DNA from: Octopus bimaculoides
Taxonomy: Eukaryota
Reading direction: 5' to 3'
NCBI RefSeq assembly: GCF_001194135.2
Contig: NC_068989.1
Location: forward strand, 14,604,927 to 14,668,926
Length of the DNA: 64,000 nucleotides
How positions within the stretch are numbered: the first letter of the stretch is position 1; the number at the start of each line of letters is the position of its first letter. Shown in pieces: positions 1 through 12,910 of the stretch. The notes under the pieces were generated by a model that was not told the DNA's origin, did not search any database, and worked only from the letters and a program-made list of their open reading frames with translations. A program made the position numbers and the translations under genes.

Positions 1-428
1 CTGCACACACGAGCAATGTGCCACCACCCACCACAACCACCCTTTTAATTTAATCATAAACCCAGCCATATTTGTTTATATTTCTTGAGCCCTAGCCAAT
101 TTTCTAAGGAAGTGGGGTGGAAGGGGGAGGAGAGGGAACCCCCCTTTTTTTTTCTTTCCATTTACATAACTTTATTTTTTTTTAGTCATTGTTCATTCTT
201 TTATGTGTTTTATTTTTTTGATATTAATATTGATTCTCTGGGATCCAGTCTGTCGCATCATCATCATCATCATCATCATCACCAGCATTGTTAATATCCT
301 GATCATCTTCATTATCATCATCATTGCCATCATCATCATCATCATTGTCATCATGATAATGATCATCGTTATCATCACCATCATCAGTGCCTGCCCCCCC
401 CCCTTCTCTCTCTCTCTCTCTTTCTCTT

Positions 429-463
<35 letters not shown>

Positions 464-1281
464 NNNNNNNNNNNNNNNNNNNNNNNNNNNNNNNNNNNNN
501 NNNNNNNNNNNNNNNNNNNNNNNNNNNNNNNNNNNNNNNNNNNNNNNNNNNNNNNNNNNNNNNNNNNNNNNNNNNNNNNNNNNNNNNNNNNNNNNNNNNN
601 NNNNNNNNNNNNNNNNNNNNNNNNNNNNNNNNNNNNNNNNNNNNNNNNNNNNNNNNNNNNNNNNNNNNNNNNNNNNNNNNNNNNNNNNNNNNNNNNNNNN
701 NNNNNNNNNNNNNNNNNNNNNNNNNNNNNNNNNNNNNNNNNNNNNNNNNNNNNNNNNNNNNNNNNNNNNNNNNNNNNNNNNNNNNNNNNNNNNNNNNNNN
801 NNNNNNNNNNNNNNNNNNNNNNNNNNNNNNNNNNNNNNNNNNNNNNNNNNNNNNNNNNNNNNNNNNNNNNNNNNNNNNNNNNNNNNNNNNNNNNNNNNNN
901 NNNNNNNNNNNNNNNNNNNNNNNNNNNNNNNNNNNNNNNNNNNNNNNNNNNNNNNNNNNNNNNNNNNNNNNNNNNNNNNNNNNNNNNNNNNNNNNNNNNN
1001 NNNNNNNNNNNNNNNNNNNNNNNNNNNNNNNNNNNNNNNNNNNNNNNNNNNNNNNNNNNNNNNNNNNNNNNNNNNNNNNNNNNNNNNNNNNNNNNNNNNN
1101 NNNNNNNNNNNNNNNNNNNNNNNNNNNNNNNNNNNNNNNNNNNNNNNNNNNNNNNNNNNNNNNNNNNNNNNNNNNNNNNNNNNNNNNNNNNNNNNNNNNN
1201 NNNNNNNNNNNNNNNNNNNNNNNNNNNNNNNNNNNNNNNNNNNNNNNNNNNNNNNNNNNNNNNNNNNNNNNNNNNNNNNNN

Positions 1282-1313
<32 letters not shown>

Positions 1314-1564
1314 TATAAATGTACATGTATATGTGTGTGCATATATATATATATATGGGCATACCTGTGAATATATATTTGTACAGTCATCTTTATGTAT
1401 GCATTTATAAATATCTACACACATACTCTCTTTCTCTCTCCCTCTCTCACTTCCTCTCATGCACACACACGTGCACACACATATCCATTGCTAAGGTAAG
1501 CTGTAATAGCTGCCACCACTTTTCTCTCTCTCTCTCTCACGTTATTCCCTCCACCACTCACACA

Positions 1565-1603
<39 letters not shown>

Positions 1604-2410
1604 GATTCTTTATTTTCTCACTGCCGTTTCATTTCCTTTCATTTGATTACCACTGATCTATTCGTCTCCTTCTCAATACCAATGTTATCTTGCATGCCAT
1701 CACTAATATCAGTTCCTTGCTATTCTTTCACTGATATCTCTTTATCATCATCATCATCATCATCACCATCACCACCCCCACCCTCACTGTACCACAACAT
1801 ATCATAACTGATTTTTGTCCCTACAAAAAGTAGTGCATCAAAAAAAGAAAAAATTAAATATAAAAACAATATACCATAATAATCTATGGTATCTGTTTGT
1901 CATTATGCCATATTCAACATATCACACTATATCATCATTGCTATGTGTTTTATTCTTTCGATATCATTATCATTTTAATACTAACATCAACAATACCAGT
2001 GTTGATCCTAGTATCATCATGAATGATATTGTCTACATTGTGATCTTTCTTCACTTATTATCGTCCCAGTTTATCACACGTGCAATATAACATTACGAGG
2101 TTTTCTACAATTCGCTGTCTTTCATTGCTACTGGTTTTTGTTACTATACAATATACTGTTATTGATAACCAGTTTTTATTGTATGGTATACTGTTACTGA
2201 TAACTGGTTTATCTCACTATGCTCTTTTTGATATCACTTGTATTTTGTCACTGTTCATATATCATTTCATTATTGTTAAGTATCCTGCATTGTTTCATTT
2301 TTACTATCCAGCTTTTAATCCTCCATTTTGTTTCCATTCAGTTTTGCTCTTTTTTTTTTTTTTTTTTTCATTTTTCACCTTTATTCTATTATTTCATATT
2401 ACATAGCAGC

Positions 2411-2463
<53 letters not shown>

Positions 2464-2647
2464 GGCGACGAGCTGACAGAATCGTTAGCACACCAGGCAA
2501 AATGCTTTGCAGCATTTCTTCCAGCTCTACATTCTGTGTTCAAATCCCACCAAGGTTGACTTTGCCTTTCTTCCTCCTGGGGTCAATATAATTGATCAGT
2601 CCCCTCCCACAAAATTTCAAGCCTTATGCCTATAAGAGAATTATTAT

Positions 2648-2648
<1 letters not shown>
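2464..2648 (+). mobile_element. tRNA-derived SINE family B (about 200 bp, ATT tail), internally shortened
   Basis: GGCGACGAGCTGACAGAATCGTTAGC head, GTTCAAATCCC B-box, flanked by (ATT)n; many copies in the window. Confidence 0.85.
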
Positions 2649-2687
<39 letters not shown>

Positions 2688-3252
2688 GAGATTCTATTTC
2701 ATATCAATTAAATTTCTCTCACTTCTATTGATGTTTAATATTATGGCTGCTGAACAATTTATTAGTATTATTTTCTTCATCATCATCATCATACAGATCA
2801 TATCATGTAATAGTATCAGTTCTAAAATTTCCTCACCATCACTACCACTGCCATATCATCATTATCATTATCATCATCATCATCATCATCATCATTGTCG
2901 TCAACATCAGCATACGTCATCATCTATGCCAACTGATATCAAGAAATATGTGACCATGAAGTCTCTGTTATCATGATATAGATTTGTCCTCTTCACACAT
3001 CAGTCACACATCTGCTAATATCATTATGACCGTATGACAGTTACAGCAACTTTATATGTTGCTGGTAATACTATAGTCTAACAATAGGACATGCAGTATT
3101 ACTGGTATTCATACTAGGCATCGTTATTCCATTAAGAATTCATTTAAATGTCTTGGAATCCTTTGCTGTAAAACATTAGTTTTGAGTGAGTGAAACTTTG
3201 TTATTCCTTCCAAGCAAATCTTCAATATTATACACAACACCACACATACAAC

Positions 3253-3294
<42 letters not shown>

Positions 3295-4023
3295 NNNNNN
3301 NNNNNNNNNNNNNNNNNNNNNNNNNNNNNNNNNNNNNNNNNNNNNNNNNNNNNNNNNNNNNNNNNNNNNNNNNNNNNNNNNNNNNNNNNNNNNNNNNNNN
3401 NNNNNNNNNNNNNNNNNNNNNNNNNNNNNNNNNNNNNNNNNNNNNNNNNNNNNNNNNNNNNNNNNNNNNNNNNNNNNNNNNNNNNNNNNNNNNNNNNNNN
3501 NNNNNNNNNNNNNNNNNNNNNNNNNNNNNNNNNNNNNNNNNNNNNNNNNNNNNNNNNNNNNNNNNNNNNNNNNNNNNNNNNNNNNNNNNNNNNNNNNNNN
3601 NNNNNNNNNNNNNNNNNNNNNNNNNNNNNNNNNNNNNNNNNNNNNNNNNNNNNNNNNNNNNNNNNNNNNNNNNNNNNNNNNNNNNNNNNNNNNNNNNNNN
3701 NNNNNNNNNNNNNNNNNNNNNNNNNNNNNNNNNNNNNNNNNNNNNNNNNNNNNNNNNNNNNNNNNNNNNNNNNNNNNNNNNNNNNNNNNNNNNNNNNNNN
3801 NNNNNNNNNNNNNNNNNNNNNNNNNNNNNNNNNNNNNNNNNNNNNNNNNNNNNNNNNNNNNNNNNNNNNNNNNNNNNNNNNNNNNNNNNNNNNNNNNNNN
3901 NNNNNNNNNNNNNNNNNNNNNNNNNNNNNNNNNNNNNNNNNNNNNNNNNNNNNNNNNNNNNNNNNNNNNNNNNNNNNNNNNNATATATATATATGCATTT
4001 ATGTATATATATATATATGCATT

Positions 4024-4063
<40 letters not shown>

Positions 4064-4444
4064 GACACACACACATGCATATATACATATATTGCTTTAT
4101 TAAGTTCTTTGATATTTTTTGTTGCTGCTTTTTATTACAACTTTTTTGCTGTTGACTTTCTATAATTCCTTCTATTCCTTGATTGAACAGTAAATTGATT
4201 GTTTTTCAACAATGATAATATTCTTCTTTGAAAAATAATAATTTTAAAAAAACAGAAATTCTCATGTAAATTTTCTTTCATGCTCTGCTGCTATAACTAT
4301 ATTTCTGTGACTGTATTTTCAAGATATATTGCTTCTTAACTCTGAATTTGTTGGCAGACCTTCTCTTTTGTCTGATGGGCACAAGACTTCATCCAGAATG
4401 AAAATGTCAGCATAGAAAACTTTTACACAAGAGTAGTTTGATGT

Positions 4445-4673
4445 TTAACTCTTTAGCATTCAGAAATTCTCTACCAAATGGAATCGTTATTTATTGACAT
4501 TGTTTTAAATTTATCCTGCGATTTCTTGTAGCCTTGAGATTTCGATGATGTGATTGTTTAGTTTTAGAATGGAATCATAGTGTAGGTGTGAGATACCAGA
4601 TCTGGCTGGTTTGAACATAAAACAGATAGAATATTTGGGCCAGATATGGCCAGTTTAAATGCTAAAGGATTGA
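4445..4673. mobile_element. piggyBac-like non-autonomous MITE (TTAA-CYCTTTAGCATT...AATGCTAAAGGG-TTAA family)
   Basis: Short TIRs abutting TTAA; homologous copies at about 24031-24250, 24311-24537, 31284-31502, 57317-57544 and 61412-61908. Confidence 0.7.
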
Positions 4674-5151
4674 AATCTATTTTCAGTATCAATAAACTAG
4701 AATCACATTAGCATAGTAAAAACAAATAAGTAAAGTTTAACATCATTATTATTGTTCACCTATAGCTACTATCAATTCTAAATCAATCGTACACCTATAA
4801 CTACTACAAATTATTGGAAATGATAATCTGCTGTAAAATAGGAGGTCTTGTTTTTTAAAAGATTTTCTTCATAGATACCATTGTACAATCAATTTTATGT
4901 GAAATCATTTTGATTATTAAACCTTCCGTTACCATTTTTCTATTGGAATAGATAGTTTTTGTTTGAATTAATTTCGAAAATAATAAAGAATTTATCAAAA
5001 TAACTTATTATTTTGCTGGTGTTTGTAACATAAATCATTATGAAAATTTAATGGAAGGTTTTAAGATCAGGTCGATAGTTTATTATACATTCAGGGCAGT
5101 TTCAGTTGGACGTCTATCAAAAGGGTTTAAGAAATCATCATCATTATAATT

Positions 5152-5368
5152 ATCATCATCATCATCATCGTTTAACGTTCGCTTTCCATGCTAGCATGGG
5201 TTGGACGATTTGACTGAGGACTGGTGAAACCGGATGGCAACACCAATCTCCAATCTAATTTGGCAGAGTTTCTACAGCTGAATGCCCTTCCTAACGCCAA
5301 CCACTCAGAGAGTGTAGTGGGTGCTTTTACGTGTCACCCACACGAAGGCCAGTCAGGCGGTACTGGCA
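5152..5368 (-). mobile_element. RTE-tail retroposon (family C) 3' end
   Basis: Reverse complement of ...CCAACCCATGCTAGCATGGAAAGCGAACGTTAAACGATGATG tail; near-identical to 50760-50974 and 61640-61859. Confidence 0.8.
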
Positions 5369-6593
5369 AAATTTACTGAAATGATAAGAATATTGGAATA
5401 AGTGGTTTTCTTTATTTAGTGCTATCAGTGTTACTTTCAAGTTCAAACCATGGTTTTAAAGTTGATTTTTGCTTTTCAACTCTTTAAGGAATTGACAATT
5501 TACCTGTGTTATAATCTTGACTCAATGAATTCAACAAGACCTCTCTTTGCAAAACTGTGATTTTATGTTCTTCATTGTGTTAGTATGTAAGTGTATGTAC
5601 CCCTTAAAATAATAACCAAGCAGAATTAGCATGATATATTGGGGGACAAGTCTGGCCCTTTGAATTAATTATAAATGTAATTTGTTTGGCAAGTTTTAAC
5701 ACTGTTTCTGTGAACCCAATTTCATTCACAAAACTTGGGTCAACCTGAAGCTATGTTAAGAGACATTCACTCAAGACTCTACGCTGAGGGTTCAAACAAA
5801 GTTTTCATGAGTGCCAGATGAACATCTTAATCTCATACATGGTCAGTTGGTCAAACCTTATTACTATAGCCATTTAGCTGAGAGGTTACTGACAAAATAG
5901 ATTTAAGTTTCGCCATTTAATAACTAAATTGTTTAACATTCAGAAAAAGACCCACTGATAGAAAAGAAATAAAAAATATATAAAACCATAATTATAGCAT
6001 GTGATAACCTAGTAAGATAGATGTAAAACAATTATTTTTTTTTTTTTTAAATTCAAATTTACAGCAGAAAAAAATAGCATGAAAAACTCCATTCCAGGTG
6101 CATAACAATTTATATTAGATTGAATTGGTATGGATGAGGGGAAGATAACATGTTATAGTTAATAAATAACCAATTCTTTGTTTTATCAGTGTAGTAGACA
6201 TGAATATTGCAACTTTAATAAGCTTTCACTTTGATCATAAAAATACTCAATTTAATATATTTATATATATATANNNNNNNNNNNNNNNNNNNNNNNNNNN
6301 NNNNNNNNNNNNNNNNNNNNNNNNNNNNNNNNNNNNNNNNNNNNNNNNNNNNNNNNNNNNNNNNNNNNNNNNNNNNNNNNNNNNNNNNNNNNNNTATATA
6401 TACATACATATTTAATGGAAAGGGTAAGGAAGAGAAATTTTATAAGGCGTGGAAGGAAATAAGACAAACCGAATCTTAATATTTATTGTTGTGGCAAGTG
6501 GTACCCGTATGCTTTCTACTGCTGCCATTTTCATTCTGCGATGAAGATCTGTCTGCTAGCCAGTGTCGAAAGGAAAGGAGAGAAAAAAAAAAT

Positions 6594-6687
6594 ATGTCAA
6601 CTGAAAATTTGAAATTCTTCTTCATCCAAACTGTATTTCTTGTGTTGTTGACACTTTTGGGGGAAAGTCTGTTAGTGGGCCACAAAG
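6594..6687 (+). CDS. Candidate signal-peptide (first coding) exon, MSTENLKFFFIQTVFLVLLTLLGESLLVGHK + phase-1 donor; possibly an alternative first exon of the DCC/neogenin gene
   Basis: ATG at 6594 with A at -3; short charged N-region, about 15-residue hydrophobic core, small-residue C-region; followed by AAG|GTAATA donor at 6687/6688 in phase 1, matching the phase-1 acceptors at 16659/16662/16716. No transcript evidence. Confidence 0.5.
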
Positions 6688-8083
6688 GTAATACATACAC
6701 TCTTTTCTCTCTGTCTATCTATCTGTCTGTCTGATTGTCTGTCCTGTCTGGCTCTTCATTCACTGCTCACCACTGCTGCCTCCACTACCACCACCACTAT
6801 CCCTGTCTTCTTACTACCACCTTTGCTATGAACACAATTGCCCTGGTTGTTTGTTGTCTCCCCGCCCCCCTTTTCACCTCTGCCTAAAGTTGTTTTATTT
6901 TTTTGTTTTTTTTTGTCTTCATTTTTTTCACTCTGCTGCTGCTGCTTAGGTGTTTTTCTCAGATTTTCAAAAAAAAAAAAAGTGCCAAATGTATTGATAT
7001 TAATAACACTACCGCTTCTTTCATTTAATTTGTGTGTGTATGTAAGTGTGCTTGTACTTTTTTGTGTATATACCTGTATGTGGGTGTGTGCATGTGCGTG
7101 TGTTTGTATGTTGCTACCAACTTTTACCAGTGGTCCAAGCTGACATGAGCAAACTTCACAATAATTATACACACACACACACAGACATTTCCCTTCACAC
7201 TATGCAAATACATACACATGCACACACAAGAGCAAAACTTATCTTTTTATTTTAACACCATAAGTTACATAATCTTTACACCTATTTCACTAGTGAAAAT
7301 TAGTATGCTATACAGTAATTGTTATGTGGATGATTGCATAATCACATTGAAGTGCCAGATCTTCAGAAGAAAATAGTAATTTAATCCATTGATATTTACC
7401 AACATCAGTTGGTTGACAACACTAAGTTAGAACTGTGCATAAAACTTGAGAGAACATTCTTTATATAGCAGTGAAGGAAGGGAAAGCTGGTTTTTTTTTT
7501 TTTTTTTTAGTCAGTAAAATAAAGCTGGAAAGAAAGAAGGAAGTGGTATAATGGTTGTCAGGATGTCTAAGGAAAAAAAGGAAGGTCAGCTATCTGAGCT
7601 GTCTTAGATCAAAGAATGATAACAATGATAAATGGTTTAGAAGGCAATTGTGATAGCAAGCTGGAATAGGTTAGCAAGAAATAGCCATACTTACCTGCTA
7701 AGTCTATCTAGTCAATCATAGACACACACACACATCCACATTTCCATATACATAAATAGGACTGTTTATTTACACCTATCCATACCTATGTAAATATATC
7801 CATACATTTAAGTATACATATATATACAGAAGGTAATGAGGTAGTTTAAGTTCAGATAAGCATTTATATGCATATACACTCAGTTCATATCATATACATC
7901 ACTTCATACAAGAGAAGCACACACACATGTACCTGACTTGATTTAAAAAAAAAAAATTTTTTTAAATCTGAGACTATGAGATAGTCATTTCAGAATCTCA
8001 GAATTTTAAATAAATTTAAAAGATCAAATAATTTGTGTATTCTTGGTCATATATTAGTCTGGTTAAAAAGATAAGTGTGCATG

Positions 8084-8133
<50 letters not shown>

Positions 8134-9791
8134 ATACTAAAAGAAATTTACAGGTTTATTTATTGTTTTATATGAAGTAATTTTACACTGCTATTATTTG
8201 AAATGTTTCTATTTCTATATAATATAGTTACTTTGAGTTAACTGAAAGTATATGTTCAACTATTATTTATTATCTAAACAGTATAGAAAATTGCTTTTAT
8301 AAAATTTAAATGGCTTTAAAATTTTGTGTTGCAAGAGAAAAAGTAATTTATTGTTAGCTAGTAAAATATGCAGTGCTTCTGGAAAGCATAAACTACATTC
8401 TGACTTCTTTCCAGCATATATAGGGGCTCTTGTTATCATAAACTGGAGTACTTCATATTTTGTATTTCAAGAATTAAAGTTCATTCCTAAAGCTGTGTGT
8501 ATATAAGTTGTAGTGCCATTTAAAGTAGATCCTATGTAATGATGGGCATCCTTTACCATAATGACACTCCCTTTGTTGACTGCATTGCATACCAAGAAGT
8601 TACCTCTAAGGGGACAATTGCAAGCTATTCTAAAGTTACATTTTAAAACATTACCTTATTAAGTTGATTTGCATTCATATAAGTCTGAAGTTTTATTGTT
8701 ATCTTTTGTTTCTACTCTATTAAGAATACTATTCCCACTACTTGCGTTATCTTCCTGTTTGGTTCTTATTTCAAATTAATTATTTGACATTTTGTATTAT
8801 TGTTTCCTGTATTCTGAATTTCTCATTTTAGGGCTAAGTCTGAGAGTTAATGTTATTTTCTGTGCTACTTTTGTTTTATCTATTCGTTTTATGGGCTTTC
8901 GAGTATTCTATAATAATATATTTCTATAAGAAGATGTGGTGTCATAGAAAATTTTGATACCAAATAATAAATGTTTAAGGGAAGTTAACAAATTTTGTGT
9001 ATTTTTGAATGGCTAACACATTTCTTCCACACTGTAATTATTTTAGTTTATATATATATACGCATACATATATTAATGAGCTTATTGTATACAATATGCT
9101 GGTGCATTGCAACTGATCAGATCAGGTAAAAAAAGTGGGGGACAGAAAGTAGAAATAACCCCAAGTAAATAAAAACGTCTGTGAGAGCAAAAATACTTGC
9201 ATAGTACACGAGATAAAACACAGAAGACAAGGGTACATAGGCACGTTAGTAGTGTTAGCAAATTTCAGGAAGTATTAATTATTGAAGGATACGTATATAT
9301 ATTCAAAATGAATGGTACGAAAAGGAAATATTTTTGCAATATATTCATTACTACACTCACAGGTATGTTTTCAGTTTTGTACCATTTATTTTGAATTACC
9401 CTGTTTTTTTTTTCTTCTCCTTCTCAGCAGCGTACTTTCTTCTCCAGCAAAACTGCAGTGCACTGAATGCTTACCTTTAGCTTATATCAAGTGTCAAGTG
9501 CAAACTAGTTTAGTCTCTCTTTGTTTACTGCAGAAGACGCATACTATGGTTGTCAGGATTATTGTGCAGTTATTAGATAACCCTCAAGTATTTATGAAAA
9601 CCAGTCAAAACTTAGATACACTCAGAAGACACTTCTAAGTTACATATAAAATTTATACATACATGCAGACCAACTTCCAGGTTTCATAACATTTTTAACA
9701 TGGTGTAAGTGCTATAATATCATGTAAACAAGCAAGCATACACACACTTATATGTAAATATGTGTAAGTGTATGTATTTCTGTATATATGC

Positions 9792-9826
<35 letters not shown>

Positions 9827-10494
9827 TAAATAGTATATGAGTATATGCATATATATGTACATGTATGTACATACCTTCATCTACATGTACATATAGATAC
9901 ATATCTGGGTACATGACGTTGCAAAAAAACATGGACAAAATGATAAACAAGGTACAAAAAACACGCAGGCCACATAGAAAACATATCCTTCATCAGCTGC
10001 CACCATTAAAACACTGGAGTTTCGAAGAGATATATATATATGCAATGGACATAGCTTCAACTATATAAAAATCCAGTTAAGTTTCATATACACACATGTA
10101 TATATGTATATATTACTGATGATCATTTGATTAAAAAAAAAGCAATGTATATAACTCTAGGTTTCTAGCAAAGCTAATCTTCATTAAACTGTATTATCTG
10201 CTCTTGGTGTTTTTCTATAGTTGAGTGCTTGTTTTTTTTGTTGTTTTTTTTCTTTCTGTTGGTAAGACTCACAATCGAACATTCATGTGTATGTATGTGT
10301 GCTTATATATGTGTGTGCGTGTGTGCATATATAGTTAGTGATTTTGTCCTGTGTTTCTGCTTCCTTTAAATCTGATTTGAGTGATTTACTAGTACTGTGC
10401 CTGTGTCTCTATGGTGCTCTTTCAGTTGCAGCATGATTTTGGTCTTTTGTGGCAAAGATGCTTTATTATTATTATTATTATTATTATTATTGAA

Positions 10495-11460
10495 GAAGCA
10501 GCAAGCTGACAGAATTGTTGGTATATTGGACGAAAATGCTTAGCAGCATTTCATAATTCTGCCGAGGTCGTCTTTGTCTTTCAGGGTTGATAAAATAAAG
10601 TACCAGTTGAGCACTGGGCTCAAAGTAATTGACTGTCCCCTTCCCACCAAATTATGGGCTTTGTGCCTATAGTAGAAAGGATTATTATTATTATTGTTAT
10701 CATTGTTAGGCGATGAGCTGGCAGAATTGTTAGCACACCAGGTGAAATGCTTAGTGGTATTTCATCTACTGCTACATTCTAAGTTCAAATTCCACAGAGG
10801 TCGACTTTACCTTTCACCTTTTTTTTTTGGTGGTGGGGGGGTCGATGAAATAAGTACCAGTTATGCACTGGGGTCGAGCTAATTGACTAGCCCTCTTCCC
10901 TTCCAAAATTTTCAAGGCCTTATGTATAGAGTAGAGATAATTGTTATTATTATTGCTTAACTTCTCAGAGCGCTTGGTCCTGTTTGCTTTGGTTGATTCT
11001 GTGAGAGCAGACAACAGCCTGTTGCCAGAGGTTTCACAGCGTCTCTTTCTGCACACTATAAGCTTTGGTACTTGGTTGTTAATCATCGTGGAAGACCTTC
11101 AACATCCAAGAACCAAACTCAAAATCCTAGCTGTCTCCAGCAGAGCAGTCTTTTTTATTTTCGGGCTTACTCTGCTCTCCTGTCAATTCTGATTTCACTG
11201 ACATCATCATCATCATCATCATTATTATTATTATTATTAAAGCAGCAAACTGGCAGAATCATTAGCAATGCCAAGGGAATTGCTTAGTGACATTTCATCT
11301 ATCTTCAGGTTCTAAGTTCAAATTCCGCTGAGGTCGAATAGCTAAGTACCAGTTTAGCACTGGGGTCAATGTAATCAACTTGCTCCACCTGGGAATTTTC
11401 TGGCCTTGTGCCAAAATTTGAAACCATTATCATTATTATTATTATTTATTAAGGTTCTTA
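10495..11460 (+). mobile_element. Cluster of three family B SINEs (about 10495, 10709, 11241) separated by (ATT)n tracts
   Basis: Repeated GAGCTGGCAGAAT...GTTCAAATTCC...GAGGTCGACTTT...AAGTACCAGTT...CTGGGGTC core with ATT tails. Confidence 0.85.
10945..11195 (-). mobile_element. 3' fragment of an R4/Dong-like (REL-endonuclease) non-LTR retrotransposon
   Basis: Minus strand encodes IKKTALLETARILSLVLGC*, like the QKTALLGTARILRKVL C-terminus of R4/Dong ORFs, followed by a 3' UTR ending in (AAT)n. Confidence 0.65.
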
Positions 11461-11549
11461 ATTTAATCAAGGAAATTTAACCAAAGATGATTTTATATCT
11501 TCTTTCCTCTATCGTTTTCAGTCTATACAACTATCTTTTCCTCTATATA

Positions 11550-11592
<43 letters not shown>

Positions 11593-11937
11593 CCTGTCTA
11601 CTTTCTTACTATTTTTGATACTCCTAAGTTGATTTCATAAATAAAAAAATAAAAAAATACTGATGTGGTAGATTCTAAAAATTTATATTTAAAATACTTA
11701 AATATAGACTTACATAGACTGTCACACAATATACGCATGGGCAGTAAATTCTTTTAGCAGTGCCAATATAAATTTTTCTGACAAACATAAACATTTTTTT
11801 TTTTTTTTTACATTAAAGAAATAAATGACAGGAATAACGAGGCAAAATTCTCTATAACCCTTAGCTATTTTGTCTATTGTATATTTATTTGTTCAGTTAC
11901 TTTAAATTTCTACATTTAAAACGACTTTGAATTTAAC

Positions 11938-12186
11938 TTGTCAAACCGTCTTTTCCTCACTCCCATGTACACACACACTGATGGAACGTGTACATGGTTG
12001 TTCAACCTCCTAGATATAATGGCCAGCTTCCCATCACACTACATCCACTGTATCTCTAGCATTATATGTGTGTGTGTATGTATATATTTATGTGTGTGTA
12101 TATATATGTATGTGTGTATATATATATGTATATGTGTATATATGTGTGTATATATATATGTATATGTGTATATATGTGTGTGTGTA

Positions 12187-12224
<38 letters not shown>

Positions 12225-12910
12225 NNNNNNNNNNNNNNNNNNNNNNNNNNNNNNNNNNNNNNNNNNNNNNNNNNNNNNNNNNNNNNNNNNNNNNNNNNNN
12301 NNNNNNNNNNNNNNNNNNNNNNNNNNNNNNNNNNNNNNNNNNNNNNNNNNNNNNNNNNNNNNNNNNNNNNNNNNNNNNNNNNNNNNNNNNNNNNNNNNNN
12401 NNNNNNNNNNNNNNNNNNNNNNNNNNNNNNNNNNNNNNNNNNNNNNNNNNNNNNNNNNNNNNNNNNNNNNNNNNNNNNNNNNNNNNNNNNNNNNNNNNNN
12501 NNNNNNNNNNNNNNNNNNNNNNNNNNNNNNNNNNNNNNNNNNNNNNNNNNNNNNNNNNNNNNNNNNNNNNNNNNNNNNNNNNTATACGTATGTATGTATA
12601 TACATTTGTATGTATATGTATACATATACTTATATGTATGTATATATGCATGTATATGTATACATATGTATGTATATATGTATGTGTGTATATATATATA
12701 TGTATGTGTATATGGAGATATGTATATATATACATATATATATATGTATTTATATGTATGTATATGTATTTATATATATGTATATATATATATATGTATG
12801 TATATGTATGTATATATATGTATGTATATGTATGTATATATATGTGTTTATATATATATATATATGTATATATGTGTGTATATATGTAGATATATGTATG
12901 TATATGTATA
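11938..12910. repeat. Long degenerate (TA/TG/TATG)n microsatellite spanning a gap; representative of many (TA)n, (CA)n, (TC)n, (CAT)n and (ATT)n tracts in the window
   Basis: Direct reading of the sequence. Confidence 0.95.

Noticed and set aside
85-4165. Long ORFs in the track full of X, IYIY, poly-I/M/L/H
   Set aside because: Translations of N gaps and (TA)n, (CAT)n, (ATT)n microsatellites; no coding signature.
7687-7697. ATACTTACCTG, identical to the U1 snRNA 5' end
   Set aside because: Only 11 nt match, with no following U1 stem-loops or Sm site; equally a chance antisense donor consensus.
9312-9638. 108-aa ORF behind a strong pyrimidine tract with several CAG acceptors, considered as a missing Ig exon
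   Set aside because: No Ig motif (no W core, no DxGxYxC) and no convincing donor.
10221-10261. AG...|GTAAGA bounded 41-nt segment
   Set aside because: Not a multiple of 3 and T-rich, non-coding composition.
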